A stretch of 64,000 nucleotides of DNA, from contig CAWJKV010000004.1 of NCBI GenBank assembly GCA_963843555.1, positions 106,843 through 170,842 on the forward strand. Reading direction: 5' to 3'. A model generated the notes under the pieces. The model searched no databases. It was not told the origin of the DNA and saw only the letters and a list, made by a program, of their open reading frames with translations. Made by a program: the position numbers and the translations under genes. Positions 11,311 to 21,715 of this stretch are shown piece by piece (within the stretch, counting starts at the first letter, position 1; every line of letters begins with the position of its first letter). The stretch comes from an uncultured Methanosarcinales archaeon. GTDB taxonomy: Archaea; Halobacteriota; Methanosarcinia; Methanotrichales; Methanotrichaceae.

Positions 11311-12003
11311 ATGAAGATCTTAGGAATCTGTGCCAGCCCGAGGGGCTCGAAGAGCGCGACGCTCCGTTTGGTTAAGGCCGCGCTGGAAGGAGCTGCTGAG
11401 AACGGGGCAACTGTAGAGCTGGTGGATGTCTGCGATTTAGACATCAAGTACTGCAACGCCTGCCAGGTCTGTTTTAAGACGGGAAAATGTGTGCATGAAG
11501 ACGACTTCGAGGAGCTTTACAGCAAGATTCTGGCAGCTGACGGCCTGGTTTGGGGATCGCCCAACTACTTTCACACTGTGACGGCGCAGATGAAGACGCT
11601 CATCGACCGCATGGCAGACGCTATTCACTGCCAGCTCCTCGCGGGAAAGTACTGCTGCAGCGTGGCTACCGGCGGCAACAACTACGAACAGGTCACGACT
11701 TACCTGGACGGTCTGATGATGAACTTTGGAGCCTTCGTCACAGGAAGCGTGGGGGCGCAGATGTCCAAAGGACCGGGATCGCTGGAAGAGGCGGAAAAGA
11801 AGGCCTTACAGCTGGGAAAGGCTCTGGCCGAGGACGTGCGTCTCAAGCGCGATTACATCGAACAGCGGGAGATGCAAGAGGAGACCAGGAGCTACTTCAA
11901 AGCCCTGGTAAAGATGAACAAAGATAACTGGGAGCACGAATACGAATACTGGAATCAGATCAACTGGAAATTGATTGCCTCATCCATAAGCCACATCCAT
12001 TAG
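11311..12003 (+). CDS. iron-sulfur flavoprotein / flavodoxin-family FMN reductase
   Basis: ASPR, CNACQVC...C, GSPNYF, KTLIDR; GGAGG RBS upstream. Confidence 0.9.
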   Translation: MKILGICASPRGSKSATLRLVKAALEGAAENGATVELVDVCDLDIKYCNACQVCFKTGKCVHEDDFEELYSKILAADGLVWGSPNYFHTVTAQMKTLIDRMADAIHCQLLAGKYCCSVATGGNNYEQVTTYLDGLMMNFGAFVTGSVGAQMSKGPGSLEEAEKKALQLGKALAEDVRLKRDYIEQREMQEETRSYFKALVKMNKDNWEHEYEYWNQINWKLIASSISHIH

Positions 12004-12043
12004 GCCGCACAACTTTTAATATCTTCCAGGTCCATTATTAAGT

Positions 12044-12655
12044 ATGCTGACTCTGGATGAGGGAAAGATGGCGGTTCGTCTGGCCAGGGAAGCCCTGACC
12101 TGCTATGTGGAAAAGAAAAAAATCCTGGAGCCCGAAAGGCTCCCACCCGTCTTCGATGAGAATAGAGGAGTCTTTGTGACCTTGCATGAGGATGGCGCTC
12201 TGCGGGGCTGCATCGGTTACCCCCAGCCAGTCATGCCCCTGGGCCGGGCTATCGTGGATTCGGCCATCAATGCCGGCAGCCGGGACCCGCGTTTCCCAGG
12301 CATAAGACCTGGCGAGCAGAAGAGAATCGAGCTGGAGGTTACCATTCTCACCAAGCCCGAGCCCTACCGTGAGCCCAAGAAGAGGCTGCCCGAACTGGTT
12401 CGAGTGGGCACGGACGGCCTGATCGTCTCCAAAGGGCCATTCTCAGGCCTGCTCCTTCCTCAGGTGGCCCCGGAGTGGGGTTTTGATTCTATGGAGTTCC
12501 TGAGCCAGACCTGCGTCAAAGCGGGACTGCCCCCAGACGCCTGGCTGGATGAGGACACCGAGGTGCAGCACTTCGAGGCCCAGATCTTTGCCGAGATAGC
12601 CCCGGAAAGGGAGGTATTCGAGAAGAGCTTCACCGAGAGCCCCTGCGGAACTTGA
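12044..12655 (+). CDS. AMMECR1-domain protein (TIGR00296-like)
   Basis: GVFVTL, LRGCIG, DPRF, GLLLPQVA, C-x-KAGL. Confidence 0.92.
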   Translation: MLTLDEGKMAVRLAREALTCYVEKKKILEPERLPPVFDENRGVFVTLHEDGALRGCIGYPQPVMPLGRAIVDSAINAGSRDPRFPGIRPGEQKRIELEVTILTKPEPYREPKKRLPELVRVGTDGLIVSKGPFSGLLLPQVAPEWGFDSMEFLSQTCVKAGLPPDAWLDEDTEVQHFEAQIFAEIAPEREVFEKSFTESPCGT

Positions 12656-12698
12656 GGGCGGATCTATCGTTTTTGTTGGTCAACGCTCCTGAGCGATT

Positions 12699-12875
12699 TT
12701 ACATCCTCCATCCCACATCGTACCTCGCCCCGCACTCCGGGCAGATGAGAATTATCCTGCAGCCATCATCAGACGGCAGAAATGAGCTGTGAAATCCCAA
12801 TTCATAGCCGCATTGGGGACAGATCCGGAACTCATCTGCCAGCTCGATCTTGGTGATATCCCTGGATGCCTTCAT
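12699..12875 (-). CDS. 58-aa double-CxxC Zn-ribbon protein
   Basis: Hand translation MKASRDITKIELADEFRICPQCGYELGFHSSFLPSDDGCRIILICPECGARYDVGWRM*; below ORF-track cut-off. Confidence 0.75.
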   Translation of the reverse strand: MKASRDITKIELADEFRICPQCGYELGFHSSFLPSDDGCRIILICPECGARYDVGWRM

Positions 12876-12898
12876 GCTTGACCACTTCTCCCTGGGAT

Positions 12899-13762
12899 CT
12901 AAACTATTTTGCCCCCCATCTCTTCGGGGCTCTCCAACTCGGCCTGGCCAGCTAAGTCTCCTATATTTGGCCGCAGTGGGGGCAGACCATTCCTGCCGTC
13001 TTTTGCTCCTCCTTTCTTTTGGCCAGCACCTCGGCTAAGCCGGAGGCCAGTACGCCCGCGGGCAGAGCGAATAGGCCGATCCCCAAAATCACCACCATCG
13101 AGCCGATGAACTTGCCCCACGGTGTCACCGGATAGATGTCTCCATAGCCCACCGTGCCCAGGGCAACAATGCCCCACCACATGGCCGCAGGGATGCTGGA
13201 GAAGTTGTCAGGCTGAGCCTCATGCTCCACATTATACATCAAGCTGGAGGATATTATGAGCAGAATCATGATGGCAAAGAGCATGAGCAACAGCTCTTCC
13301 TTCTTCAGCTTCAATACATCCGCGAATGTCTGCAGAGACGACGAGTAGCGGGCCAGCTTCAGCACCCGGAAAAGCCGGAAGAGCCTCAGAGCTCGCATGA
13401 ACCTCAAATCGGGGAAGACAATTGGTAGATAGAAAGGCAGCACGACCAGGAGGTCAATCAGGGCCAGGGGAGTTGTCATGAACTGCAGCCTGCCGCGAAC
13501 AGGATCTTTGAACTCTGGTTTTGCTGTGCAACTCCAGACGCGCAAAATGTATTCAACTGTAAAGACAGCTACCGAAAAGATTTCAAAAGCATTGAAGAAT
13601 GGAGGCGTATCGCAGATATAGCCAGTCCACCGTCGCCAGGACTACAGCTGCTACATTTAGAAGTATCAGCCCTATGATGAAGAGGTCAAAGTACCTGCTA
13701 TCTTCATCGCCCGGTTCCAGTATGCCCGAGATGCGAGTCTTGAGATCGAGATCTTGGTCCAT
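12899..13762 (-). CDS. 6-TM potassium channel (Ion_trans); frameshift near 13600, possibly another near 12970 (otherwise ends at 12961)
   Basis: N-terminus MDQDLDLKTRISGILEP..FDLFIIGLILLNV, S4 LRFMRALRLFRLFRVLKLARY, filter TVGYGD, C-terminal CPHCG. Confidence 0.9.
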
Positions 13763-13880
13763 TGCAAAAATTAAAGAGAGCTGTTCAGGATAAAAAGCAT
13801 TCTTCTTGGGATCTTTTTCGAGGAGTTCCCGCTCCTCACATTCTCTATCTTAATATATACGAACCTCCCCTCTTTTTGCT

Positions 13881-14610
13881 ATGCGTGCCGCCTGCCTCCA
13901 GCAACAAGTTGAGCCCTGCAAGAATGAAGAGAACCTCGGCAGAGCTCTGCAGATGGCCCGCGCCGCCCTGGATGAAGGCGCACAGATCCTGGTCTATCCA
14001 GAGCTCTTCTTGACCGGCTTTTGTTACGAGCCCTCTGCCATGCGGCAGCCGAAGACCCGACTTTCTCCGCGCTCGATCCATTTCGCGCCCTGGCAGAGGC
14101 GCACGAGTGTTTAATCATCGGCTCCCTTCGCTGCGGCCGCCGAATCTCGGCTTCTGCCTGGACTCGGTGGGCCTGGAGCTGCGCCCCAAGATTCATCCTT
14201 TTGGAGAGGAAAAGAAACACTTCGATGGTGGCGATTTCATCTCGCCTGTGGCCACAAAATGGGGCCGGGTGGGCCTTCAGATCTGCTACGACCTGCGCTT
14301 CCCTGAGGTGGCGCGCTCACTGGCATTGCAGGGCGCAGATTTCCTGGTGACAATAGCCCAGTTCCCTGCACCCCGCAGGGCGCAATGGCAGGCTCTCTGT
14401 CTCGCCCGGGCCATAGAGAATCAGATTCCTCACCTGGCCTGCAACTGGGCGAATGCGGGGGGCTCTCTGATCATCAATGCCCGGGGCGCAGTGATAGCGG
14501 AGGCCGCAGCCGGGGAGACAATTATATGGGGCGATATCGATCTGGTTGAAAGGGACGATGTGCGCCGCGAGATACCCTGCTTTGCCGACCGGCGGCCGGA
14601 GATATACTGA
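13881..14610 (+). CDS. carbon-nitrogen hydrolase (nitrilase family); frameshifted around 14040-14140
   Basis: Catalytic triad motifs YPELFLTG, KIH, ICYDLRFPE; ARAIENQ; DRRPEIY. Confidence 0.88.
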
Positions 14611-14611
14611 G

Positions 14612-15813
14612 GTGAGAAGCCTGAACGCCCGAACCCATAATTTTCTGGTCTCGAAGTTCAGAGAGTATTATATTGAATCATCCCTGGAAGCTCCGCCAGG
14701 CCTCCAGTCCAGGGAATGGGGCTTTCTCTTCTTCGATGACTCGGGCATGCGCCGCCATAAGTCCTTTTTTAGCAGAGGCGAGCTGGCGGACTATGTCCGG
14801 GCCATGGTGCCCCGGCACGTCTATCACTCCGCTGCCTATTACCAGCGTCCGGGCGCACCCACCATGAAGGAGAAGATCTGGCAGGGCGCGGACCTCATCT
14901 TCGACCTGGATGCCGATCATCTGCGCAATGCCCCCCAGAGCTATGGCGAGATGCTGGAGCTGGTGAAGAAGGAGACACTGAAGCTACTGGGATTTCTAAC
15001 CGCCGATTTCGGTTTTTCAGAAAGGGTGATTAGTGTCGCATTTTCTGGCGGTAGGGGCTATCACATCCATATTCGCGATCCGCGAGTCTTCACAGTTTGG
15101 TGGCGATGAGCGGCGAGAAGTAGTAGATTATCTAACAGGCAGAGGTCTTGATATGGAACGGCTGCGATATAAGGTATGGATATCGGGGGATATTGGTGCT
15201 GAGAAAGTGCGAGCTCTCAGATGTCAGTCAGAGAATTCGCCTGGATGGGGTGGCAGGTTTAATGAGGCGGTTATAAGATTTGCTGAAGAAATTCCGCAAT
15301 CTAGATGAAAAGAGGCGCTGTGGAAAAGCTCAAAGATTAAAAACATTGGGATGTTCGGGCAGCCGAATTTTATATGCGGATCAAGAGCGATCGGGTGCTG
15401 GATGATATACGTTCGGGTAATCTGGATAGCTTAAAAGGCGTTCAGGATATTTGGAAGTTTCTTATCAATCATTATCTGTGCAGACCAGTTTGTAGGAGTC
15501 CTGGGTGGGCGGAGAAACGGACGAGCCAGTCACTGCCGATGTGCGCCGGCTGATTCGCTGTCCAGGCAGCCTGCATGGCGGCTCGGGCCTGAGGGTGACT
15601 CCTCTGTCCATCAGCGACCTGGAGGACTTCGATCCCCTTCAAGATGCTGTGGTCTATGGAGATGAGAGCGTGCCCCTTGAGATTCTTAAGCCGTTCAATA
15701 CCCAGATGCGTGGGCAGAGCTACCAATTGGCGGAAGGCCCGACTGAGCTGCCTGCCTGCGTGGCGGTCTTCCTCATGGCCCGGGGTGTGGCTGAAGCCCG
15801 GGCGAAGCTGTAG
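14612..15813 (+). CDS. priS: DNA primase catalytic subunit; several frameshifts 15090-15510
   Basis: REWGF, YHSAAYY, DLIFDLDAD, FSGGRGYH, DEPVTADVRRLIRCPGSLHGGSG; GAGGTGA at 14609 may favour a start at 14621. Confidence 0.93.
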
Positions 15814-15874
15814 TCAGTGAAAAATCTATATAGTATTTGATACCTGATAACAAGTCCGCGCCAAAAGTTTTGAG

Positions 15875-16450
15875 GTGGGAAGATTGGATCTGGCCAACGC
15901 GCTGAGAGAGGAGCGCAAATCCGCGGAGCTTCAGCATCTGGATAAGGATTTTTACCAGCAGGTGGGGGTCTATCTGGCCGGCCTGGGGCAGGAGCTCTCC
16001 CGTGTAGAGGACTCGTTCAGCGTAGAGGCTCAGATCCTCCAGGATACCTTGAAGAGCGAGAAGAATAGCGTAAACAAGCTCATCGATCAAAGGGTTAAGA
16101 AGATCGTCCGCCGGGCCCTCCGCAATGCAAGATCCGCTTCCCGGGAAGAGGCCTTCCTGGGCATGACCGAAGAAGAAGAGGAGATCTACCGGCAGATGCT
16201 GTCTGCCATTGCCAGCGGCCGCGAGGCCATACTTGCCCATGTGGCTCACACCGAAAGGCCTTTAATGGGCAAGAAAGATATATCCCGGGAATACGAAGTC
16301 GTGCGGTTGCTGGATAGTGTTCCTATGTTTGCAGGAGTTGACGGGAAAAATTACCTCCTCGCGAAGGATGATGTGGCCGTGCTCCCCGCCGTCCATGCCA
16401 GAAATCTGCGCAATAAGAATTTAGCGTCTGAAGTGAAGATTGAGAGATGA
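15875..16450 (+). CDS. GINS complex subunit (Gins15/51-type)
   Basis: LQHLDKDFY, R-x-KKIV, C-terminal FAGVDGKNY.L..DDVAVLP; conserved position after priS. Confidence 0.85.
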   Translation: MGRLDLANALREERKSAELQHLDKDFYQQVGVYLAGLGQELSRVEDSFSVEAQILQDTLKSEKNSVNKLIDQRVKKIVRRALRNARSASREEAFLGMTEEEEEIYRQMLSAIASGREAILAHVAHTERPLMGKKDISREYEVVRLLDSVPMFAGVDGKNYLLAKDDVAVLPAVHARNLRNKNLASEVKIER

Positions 16451-16456
16451 TACATT

Positions 16457-16738
16457 GTGAAGATGCCAAAGAAGCTTAACGCTTACTGTCCGTTCTGCAA
16501 AAAACACACCCCCCAAACGGTAGAAAGGGTGAGAAAAGGCCGGGCTTCCTCCTTGACCCATATTTCAAGGCAGAAGCTCAGGGCCAATGGAATAGGGAAT
16601 CAGGGTAAGTTTTCCAAGGTCCCCGGCGGAGACAAGCCGACGAAGAGATTGAATCTGAGATACCGCTGTAATACTTGCAAGAAGGCTCATAACCGCCCGG
16701 GTTTCAGGGCTGGCAAGTTCGATCTGGTGGAGAGTTGA
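16457..16738 (+). CDS. rpl44e: 50S ribosomal protein L44e
   Basis: MPKK...YCPFCKKHT...[19 protein letters not shown]. Confidence 0.96.
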   Translation: MKMPKKLNAYCPFCKKHTPQTVERVRKGRASSLTHISRQKLRANGIGNQGKFSKVPGGDKPTKRLNLRYRCNTCKKAHNRPGFRAGKFDLVES

Positions 16739-16740
16739 AT

Positions 16741-16908
16741 ATGCCATCCAAATTCGTCAAGGTAAAATGCAACGACTGCGAGAACGAGCAGGTGATATTC
16801 GCCCATGCTTCCACGGTCGTCAAGTGCCTGGTCTGCGGGCGCACTTTAGCTGAGCCTACCGGCGGCAAAGCTGAGATCAAAACCCAGGTAGTAGAAGTGT
16901 TAGAGTGA
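16741..16908 (+). CDS. rps27e: 30S ribosomal protein S27e
   Basis: Hand translation [55 protein letters not shown]. Confidence 0.96.
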   Translation: MPSKFVKVKCNDCENEQVIFAHASTVVKCLVCGRTLAEPTGGKAEIKTQVVEVLE

Positions 16909-16914
16909 TCTTCG

Positions 16915-17688
16915 ATGCAACGTGAGGGCTGGCCAGAGCCCGGATCTCTAGTGGTCTGCACCGTGACTCAGGTGGTGGACTTCGGAGCCTTCGTCTCAAT
17001 TGACGAGTATTCCGGTAAGCAGGGCCTGATTCACATCTCCGAGGTGGCCAGCGGATGGATCAAGTACATTCGCGACCATGTGCGAGAGGGTCAGAAGATC
17101 GTCTGCAAGGTATTGAATGTAGACACGTCCCGGCATCACATCGATCTCTCCCTGAAGGATGTAAACGAGCATCAGAGACGGGAGAAGATTCAGGAGTGGA
17201 AGGCGGACCAGAAAGCCTGGAAATGGCTGGAGATGGCCTACAAGGATAGGCCTGAGGATGCAAAGCGGGTAGCTGATGCATTGGTGGCGGCTTACGATAG
17301 CCTCTATCTGGCCATGGAGGAGGCGGCAATCTGCGGAGCCGAAGCCCTGAAAGATGCCAATCTGACGGAAGAAGATGTGTTGATGCTGGAGAGTCTCTCC
17401 AAGGATAACGTCAAGATACCATCCGTTGACATTAGCGGCTATGTGGATATCACTTCCCCTGCGCCGGATGGGGTCGAGGTCATTCGCAAGGCCCTCAAAC
17501 AGGCCAAACGCATCAAAGACAAAGATTCCACGCTCACCATCTCCTATATCGGAGCGCCGCGATACCGCATTCATGTAACCGCGCCTGATTATAAGAGTGC
17601 AGAGTCTGTTCTCAAAAAGTCTGCTCAGGCTGTTGTAAAATACATCGAACAACATGGCGGAGAAGGTACCTTCCTTCGAGAGGCATGA
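16915..17688 (+). CDS. eif2a: translation initiation factor aIF-2 alpha
   Basis: S1 domain GLIHISEVASGWIKYIRD, HIDLSLK, GAPRYR, APDYK. Confidence 0.95.
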   Translation: MQREGWPEPGSLVVCTVTQVVDFGAFVSIDEYSGKQGLIHISEVASGWIKYIRDHVREGQKIVCKVLNVDTSRHHIDLSLKDVNEHQRREKIQEWKADQKAWKWLEMAYKDRPEDAKRVADALVAAYDSLYLAMEEAAICGAEALKDANLTEEDVLMLESLSKDNVKIPSVDISGYVDITSPAPDGVEVIRKALKQAKRIKDKDSTLTISYIGAPRYRIHVTAPDYKSAESVLKKSAQAVVKYIEQHGGEGTFLREA

Positions 17689-17846
17689 GATCCAAGATCC
17701 TGAGGTGTACGGCCTGCGGCCGCTACACCCTGTTGGATATCTGCACCGTCTGCGGAGGTCATGCTGCAATTACCAAGCCGGCAAGATTCTCTCCTGACGA
17801 CCCTTATGGAAAATATCGACGAGCTCTCAAACCGGAGGCAAAATGA
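17685..17846 (+). CDS. nop10: H/ACA RNP protein Nop10
   Basis: Hand translation MRSKILRCTACGRYTLLDICTVCGG...PARFSPDDPYGKYRR. Confidence 0.95.
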   Translation: MRSKILRCTACGRYTLLDICTVCGGHAAITKPARFSPDDPYGKYRRALKPEAK

Positions 17847-18613
17847 AGGAAACCCTGGTTCACCGTATCAAAGAAGTAACTCTTAAAGATCCTATTCTGG
17901 TGGAGGGGCTACCCGGTGTCGGCCACGTGGGAAAACTGGTGGCGGATCATATGGTAGAAGAGCTGAATGCTGAGAAGATCATTGAGATCTATTCGCCGCA
18001 TTTTCCGCCCCAGGTAATGGTGAAAGAAGACGGCACCATCAAGCAAGTGCGAAATGAGATCTATGCACGCCAGGGCATGAACGGCGAACCGGATCTAATC
18101 ATCCTCATCGGAGACTACCAGAGCGCCACTAACGAGGGGCACTATGAGCTTACCAGCATCTTCCTGGATATCGCGCAGAGCTTCAATGTTAAGAGGATCT
18201 ATGCTCTGGGCGGCTATGGCACGGGCCAGTTTGTGGAGAAGCCAACTGTCATGGGTGCGGCCACAGGACTTGAGCTCGTGGAGGAGATGAAGCAGCAGGG
18301 CGTAGTCTTTCAAGAGAACGAGCCGGGCGGGGGCATCATCGGCGTCTCAGGACTCCTTCTGGGCCTGGGTGCCTTGCGGGGGATAGATGCCATCTGTCTC
18401 ATGGGTGTAACCAGCGGCTATCTCGTCGATCCCAAGGCAGCTTCAGAGGTTTTGCGCGTTCTCTCTCAAATTCTGGGTATAGAAGTCGGCATGCATGCAC
18501 TGGAGGAGAGGGCAAAAGAGATGGAGAAGATCATCGGCAAGCTCCAGGAGATGGAGCGGGCACAGGCTCCTTTCGAGGCAGGCGGGGATGAAGACCTCAG
18601 GTATATCGGATAG
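17843..18613 (+). CDS. PAC2-family proteasome assembly chaperone
   Basis: EGLPGVGHVGK, FPPQV, LGGY, SGYLVDPKAA; conserved after nop10. Confidence 0.92.
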   Translation: MKETLVHRIKEVTLKDPILVEGLPGVGHVGKLVADHMVEELNAEKIIEIYSPHFPPQVMVKEDGTIKQVRNEIYARQGMNGEPDLIILIGDYQSATNEGHYELTSIFLDIAQSFNVKRIYALGGYGTGQFVEKPTVMGAATGLELVEEMKQQGVVFQENEPGGGIIGVSGLLLGLGALRGIDAICLMGVTSGYLVDPKAASEVLRVLSQILGIEVGMHALEERAKEMEKIIGKLQEMERAQAPFEAGGDEDLRYIG

Positions 18614-19922
18614 TCTCCTCGAATATGCTCATCAGCTCCTTGCCCTGGCCCTGCGAGAGGGGGCGGCAGAGGCGGAGGTCTATGGCATGGTGGGCCATTC
18701 CGTGGATGTTGATCTACGCAAAGGATCTGTGGAAATGGCCAGCGAGAGCTTTCATCGCGGCCTGGGACTCCGGGCTGTTGTGAATGGTGCCGTTGGATTT
18801 TCCAGCACAAGCGACATGTCGCTCCTGGAATATGTCGCCAAAAGCGCTGTGAAGTCTGCAAAAGCTCGCGGCCCGGACGAATCCTGGCTCTCTCTTCCCA
18901 CCCCTGAGAAGGCCGTTCCCGTGCAGGGTATCTTTGATGCACGGTTGGAGAGAATCAGTCCGGAGGAATGTATTGAGGTTGCGGCGAGCATGCTCGAAGG
19001 CTGCCGGACGGTTAAAGAGGCAGAGCCTGTCTCGGGAGGCGTGGCATGCATTTGCGGCACAGGTTTTGTGATCAACTCCAGTGGACTTGAGCTGCGGGAG
19101 ACGTCCACTCTCATGCAGGCCTCCATGGAGGCCATTGCCAAATCCGGGGACGTGGCCACAGGCAGCGAGTTTTTCAATTCGAGGGGTTTTGAGCCCTCCA
19201 TGGAGTTCGTGGGCAAAGCTGCAGCTGAGATGGCCAGGGCATCACTGGCAGGAAATAAAGCCGAGAGTGGAATCTTCGATATACTTCTCAAGCCTCTGGC
19301 AGTGGCAGAGCTGCTGGAGAGCACGATTCTATCTGCTTTTGAAGCCGACAACGTGCAAAAAGGTCGTTCTTCTCTGAAAGGACGGGTGGGAGAGATGATC
19401 TCTTCCGAGAGGCTGAGTGTCCATGATGACGGCCTGCTTAAAGGCGGAATAGACTCTTCAGCCTTTGATGGCGAGGGCGTGCCCTCCCAAAGGACGGTTT
19501 TGATTGAGAAGGGGATCTTGAAGGGATTTCTCTATGACAGCTATACGGCAGGTAAGGCTGGCATGAAATCTACAGGCAATGCGGTGCGTCAAGGTTACTC
19601 CGATGTTCCCAGGGTGGGCATTCGAAATCTGATACTCAGCTCCCCTGATGCTCATGATCTCCTGGCGGAGACGAAAGGGTATCTGATAAACGGTCTCATC
19701 GGAGCTCATACCGCGAACCCCATATCCGGCGACTTCTCAGTGGAGGCGAGAAATGCTTTTCGTGTCTCTCCAGGAGAGGCTGCTGTGCCCATCCGCTCTT
19801 TGATGCTGGCTGGAAATATCTATGAGATTCTAAAAAATATCGAGATAGGCACGGATGTGCGGGCCATTGGTGCCATTGTCACGCCGACTATAAAAGTCAA
19901 TATGAAAGTAGTAGGAAGCTAA
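18588..19922 (+). CDS. TldD/PmbA family protein
   Basis: GLGLRAVVNGAVGFS, FDGEGVP, STGNA, HTANPISGDFS. Confidence 0.92.
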   Translation: MKTSGISDSLLEYAHQLLALALREGAAEAEVYGMVGHSVDVDLRKGSVEMASESFHRGLGLRAVVNGAVGFSSTSDMSLLEYVAKSAVKSAKARGPDESWLSLPTPEKAVPVQGIFDARLERISPEECIEVAASMLEGCRTVKEAEPVSGGVACICGTGFVINSSGLELRETSTLMQASMEAIAKSGDVATGSEFFNSRGFEPSMEFVGKAAAEMARASLAGNKAESGIFDILLKPLAVAELLESTILSAFEADNVQKGRSSLKGRVGEMISSERLSVHDDGLLKGGIDSSAFDGEGVPSQRTVLIEKGILKGFLYDSYTAGKAGMKSTGNAVRQGYSDVPRVGIRNLILSSPDAHDLLAETKGYLINGLIGAHTANPISGDFSVEARNAFRVSPGEAAVPIRSLMLAGNIYEILKNIEIGTDVRAIGAIVTPTIKVNMKVVGS

Positions 19923-19935
19923 AAGGAGGATTTTG

Positions 19936-20788
19936 ATGATTATTGGAGGACCAGCCTCCCAGCTTCTGGCTGGCAGGGTGGCGGCTATTTTAGATGAGAC
20001 GCTCGCTCTTTGCGATTACAAGACGTTTCCTGATGGTGAGTCCTACACTCAAGTGGTGACGCCATTGGATGATGAAGTGGTTATAATCCAGTCCACTCCG
20101 ACCGATCAGGACCTCGTTTATCTGTTGCAGCTGCTGGATGTTTGTCGAGCGAGCAAGGTTTCCCTGGTCATACCCGTACTTTGGTTATGCCCGCCAGGAC
20201 AAGATCTTCAAGTCTGGCGAGCCCATGACCGCCCGGGCGGTGGCCACGGCTTTGAATCCCTTCTTGAAGAACGGCCGGGTCCATCTGGTCAATATCCATG
20301 CACCATCAGTCATGGCCCACTTCCAGTGCCCGATTGAGAATCTGGATGCAACCTCCCTTCTGGCCGAGCGGATCGAATCCCTGGGCCTGAAGGATGCGGT
20401 GGTCATCTCTCCAGACAAGGGGGCCATAGCCATGGCAAAAATGGCAGCCGCCACTCTGGGCTGTGACTGCGACTACTTGCAAAAGACCCGGCTCTCCGGC
20501 ACGGAGGTCTCCATGGCCCCCAAAGAGGTGGCAGTTAAGGGCAGGGACGTGGTCATCTTCGACGACATGATCGCCACAGGCGGCACTATGGCTATGGCCA
20601 TCGCGCTGCTTCGCCAGCAGGGTGCCAACCGGGTCTATTTGGCAGCGGTTCATCCCGTTCTGACAGGATCGGCGGTGCTCAAGCTCTACCGCTCCGGTGT
20701 GGAGGCAGTGCTGGCCACGGATACGCTGGATAAGGGCGTGAGCACGGTATCGGTGGCGCCATTGATCGCGAAGGCGCTTAAATCCTAA
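19936..20788 (+). CDS. prs: ribose-phosphate pyrophosphokinase; +1 frameshift near 20175
   Basis: FPDGE, PYFGYARQD, SPDKGA, FDDMIATGGT, VHPVL. Confidence 0.94.
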
Positions 20789-20904
20789 GACGGGTGGCGT
20801 TAATAAGCTCCACATTTTTTCACAACACGATCGCATCAAAGAGTCCCTCTATTTCGATTCGAGTAAGTTCAGATTAAATTAGTAGAAATGTTCTTATCAC
20901 TTAT

Positions 20905-21636
20905 ATGTTAACTAATATTGGTGTTATTGGAATGTACCGCTCGACTCATTTAATTATATTCGTCCTCCTCGCACTATGCATGTGCATCGGATGCGTTGCG
21001 CCCTATGATCGGACAGATGAGGCGATCGTATCAACGAACGTATCTGGAGATGCCATAAAGGCTGGCGCGTGTATGAACTTGGACAGAGTCGATGAAATAA
21101 ATAATAGAAAGAATGGAACAGCTCAAAATGCTTCCGAGGCAGAGGAGTATGCGGTCTACGATTACCTTATCGGTCCCGGCGATGCAAATCGCACTTTTGT
21201 GGTGATTTATGAAAATACCACCTCGCGAAGCAAAGAATCCAATCGCTCGGACTTGCTAAAGGATATGCCTTCTCTAGAGCAGAGAACCATTGACGACTAC
21301 AAGGCCAAGAATAGTAAGGCCTATCCTTTGCGAAACTCATTTAAATTCGAAGGTAAATATGTTATAGTCAACGAAAGCGAAATTTACGAGGTATTTTCAG
21401 TCAATCAAAAGACGGAAACAGGTGATGATTGGGAGGAATTTTATGGGAGATGTCCTAACTCACCCGGTATCCTTTCTTACTCACGGGTTGGATTCAATTC
21501 CAATCTGAATCAGGCTTTAGTCGAAGAGGGTTACGACTTTCCAGGGATGCTTGCAGGTAGAGGCTATCTGCTGCTGCTCGAAAAGAGTAATGGAACATGG
21601 AATGTCACCAGTTCGATGATGACGTGGATCTCATAG
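20905..21636 (+). CDS. putative lipoprotein / secreted hypothetical protein (AT-richer)
   Basis: Hydrophobic N-terminus ending CIGC, many N-x-S/T sequons; start uncertain (20905 or 20932). Confidence 0.6.
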   Translation: MLTNIGVIGMYRSTHLIIFVLLALCMCIGCVAPYDRTDEAIVSTNVSGDAIKAGACMNLDRVDEINNRKNGTAQNASEAEEYAVYDYLIGPGDANRTFVVIYENTTSRSKESNRSDLLKDMPSLEQRTIDDYKAKNSKAYPLRNSFKFEGKYVIVNESEIYEVFSVNQKTETGDDWEEFYGRCPNSPGILSYSRVGFNSNLNQALVEEGYDFPGMLAGRGYLLLLEKSNGTWNVTSSMMTWIS

Positions 21637-21715
21637 CCCTTATTTTTATGATCGGACTTCATTATTCTGTTCAAAGCAGGGTTTATAAACAATTACATGC
21701 AAAAGTAAAAATCGA

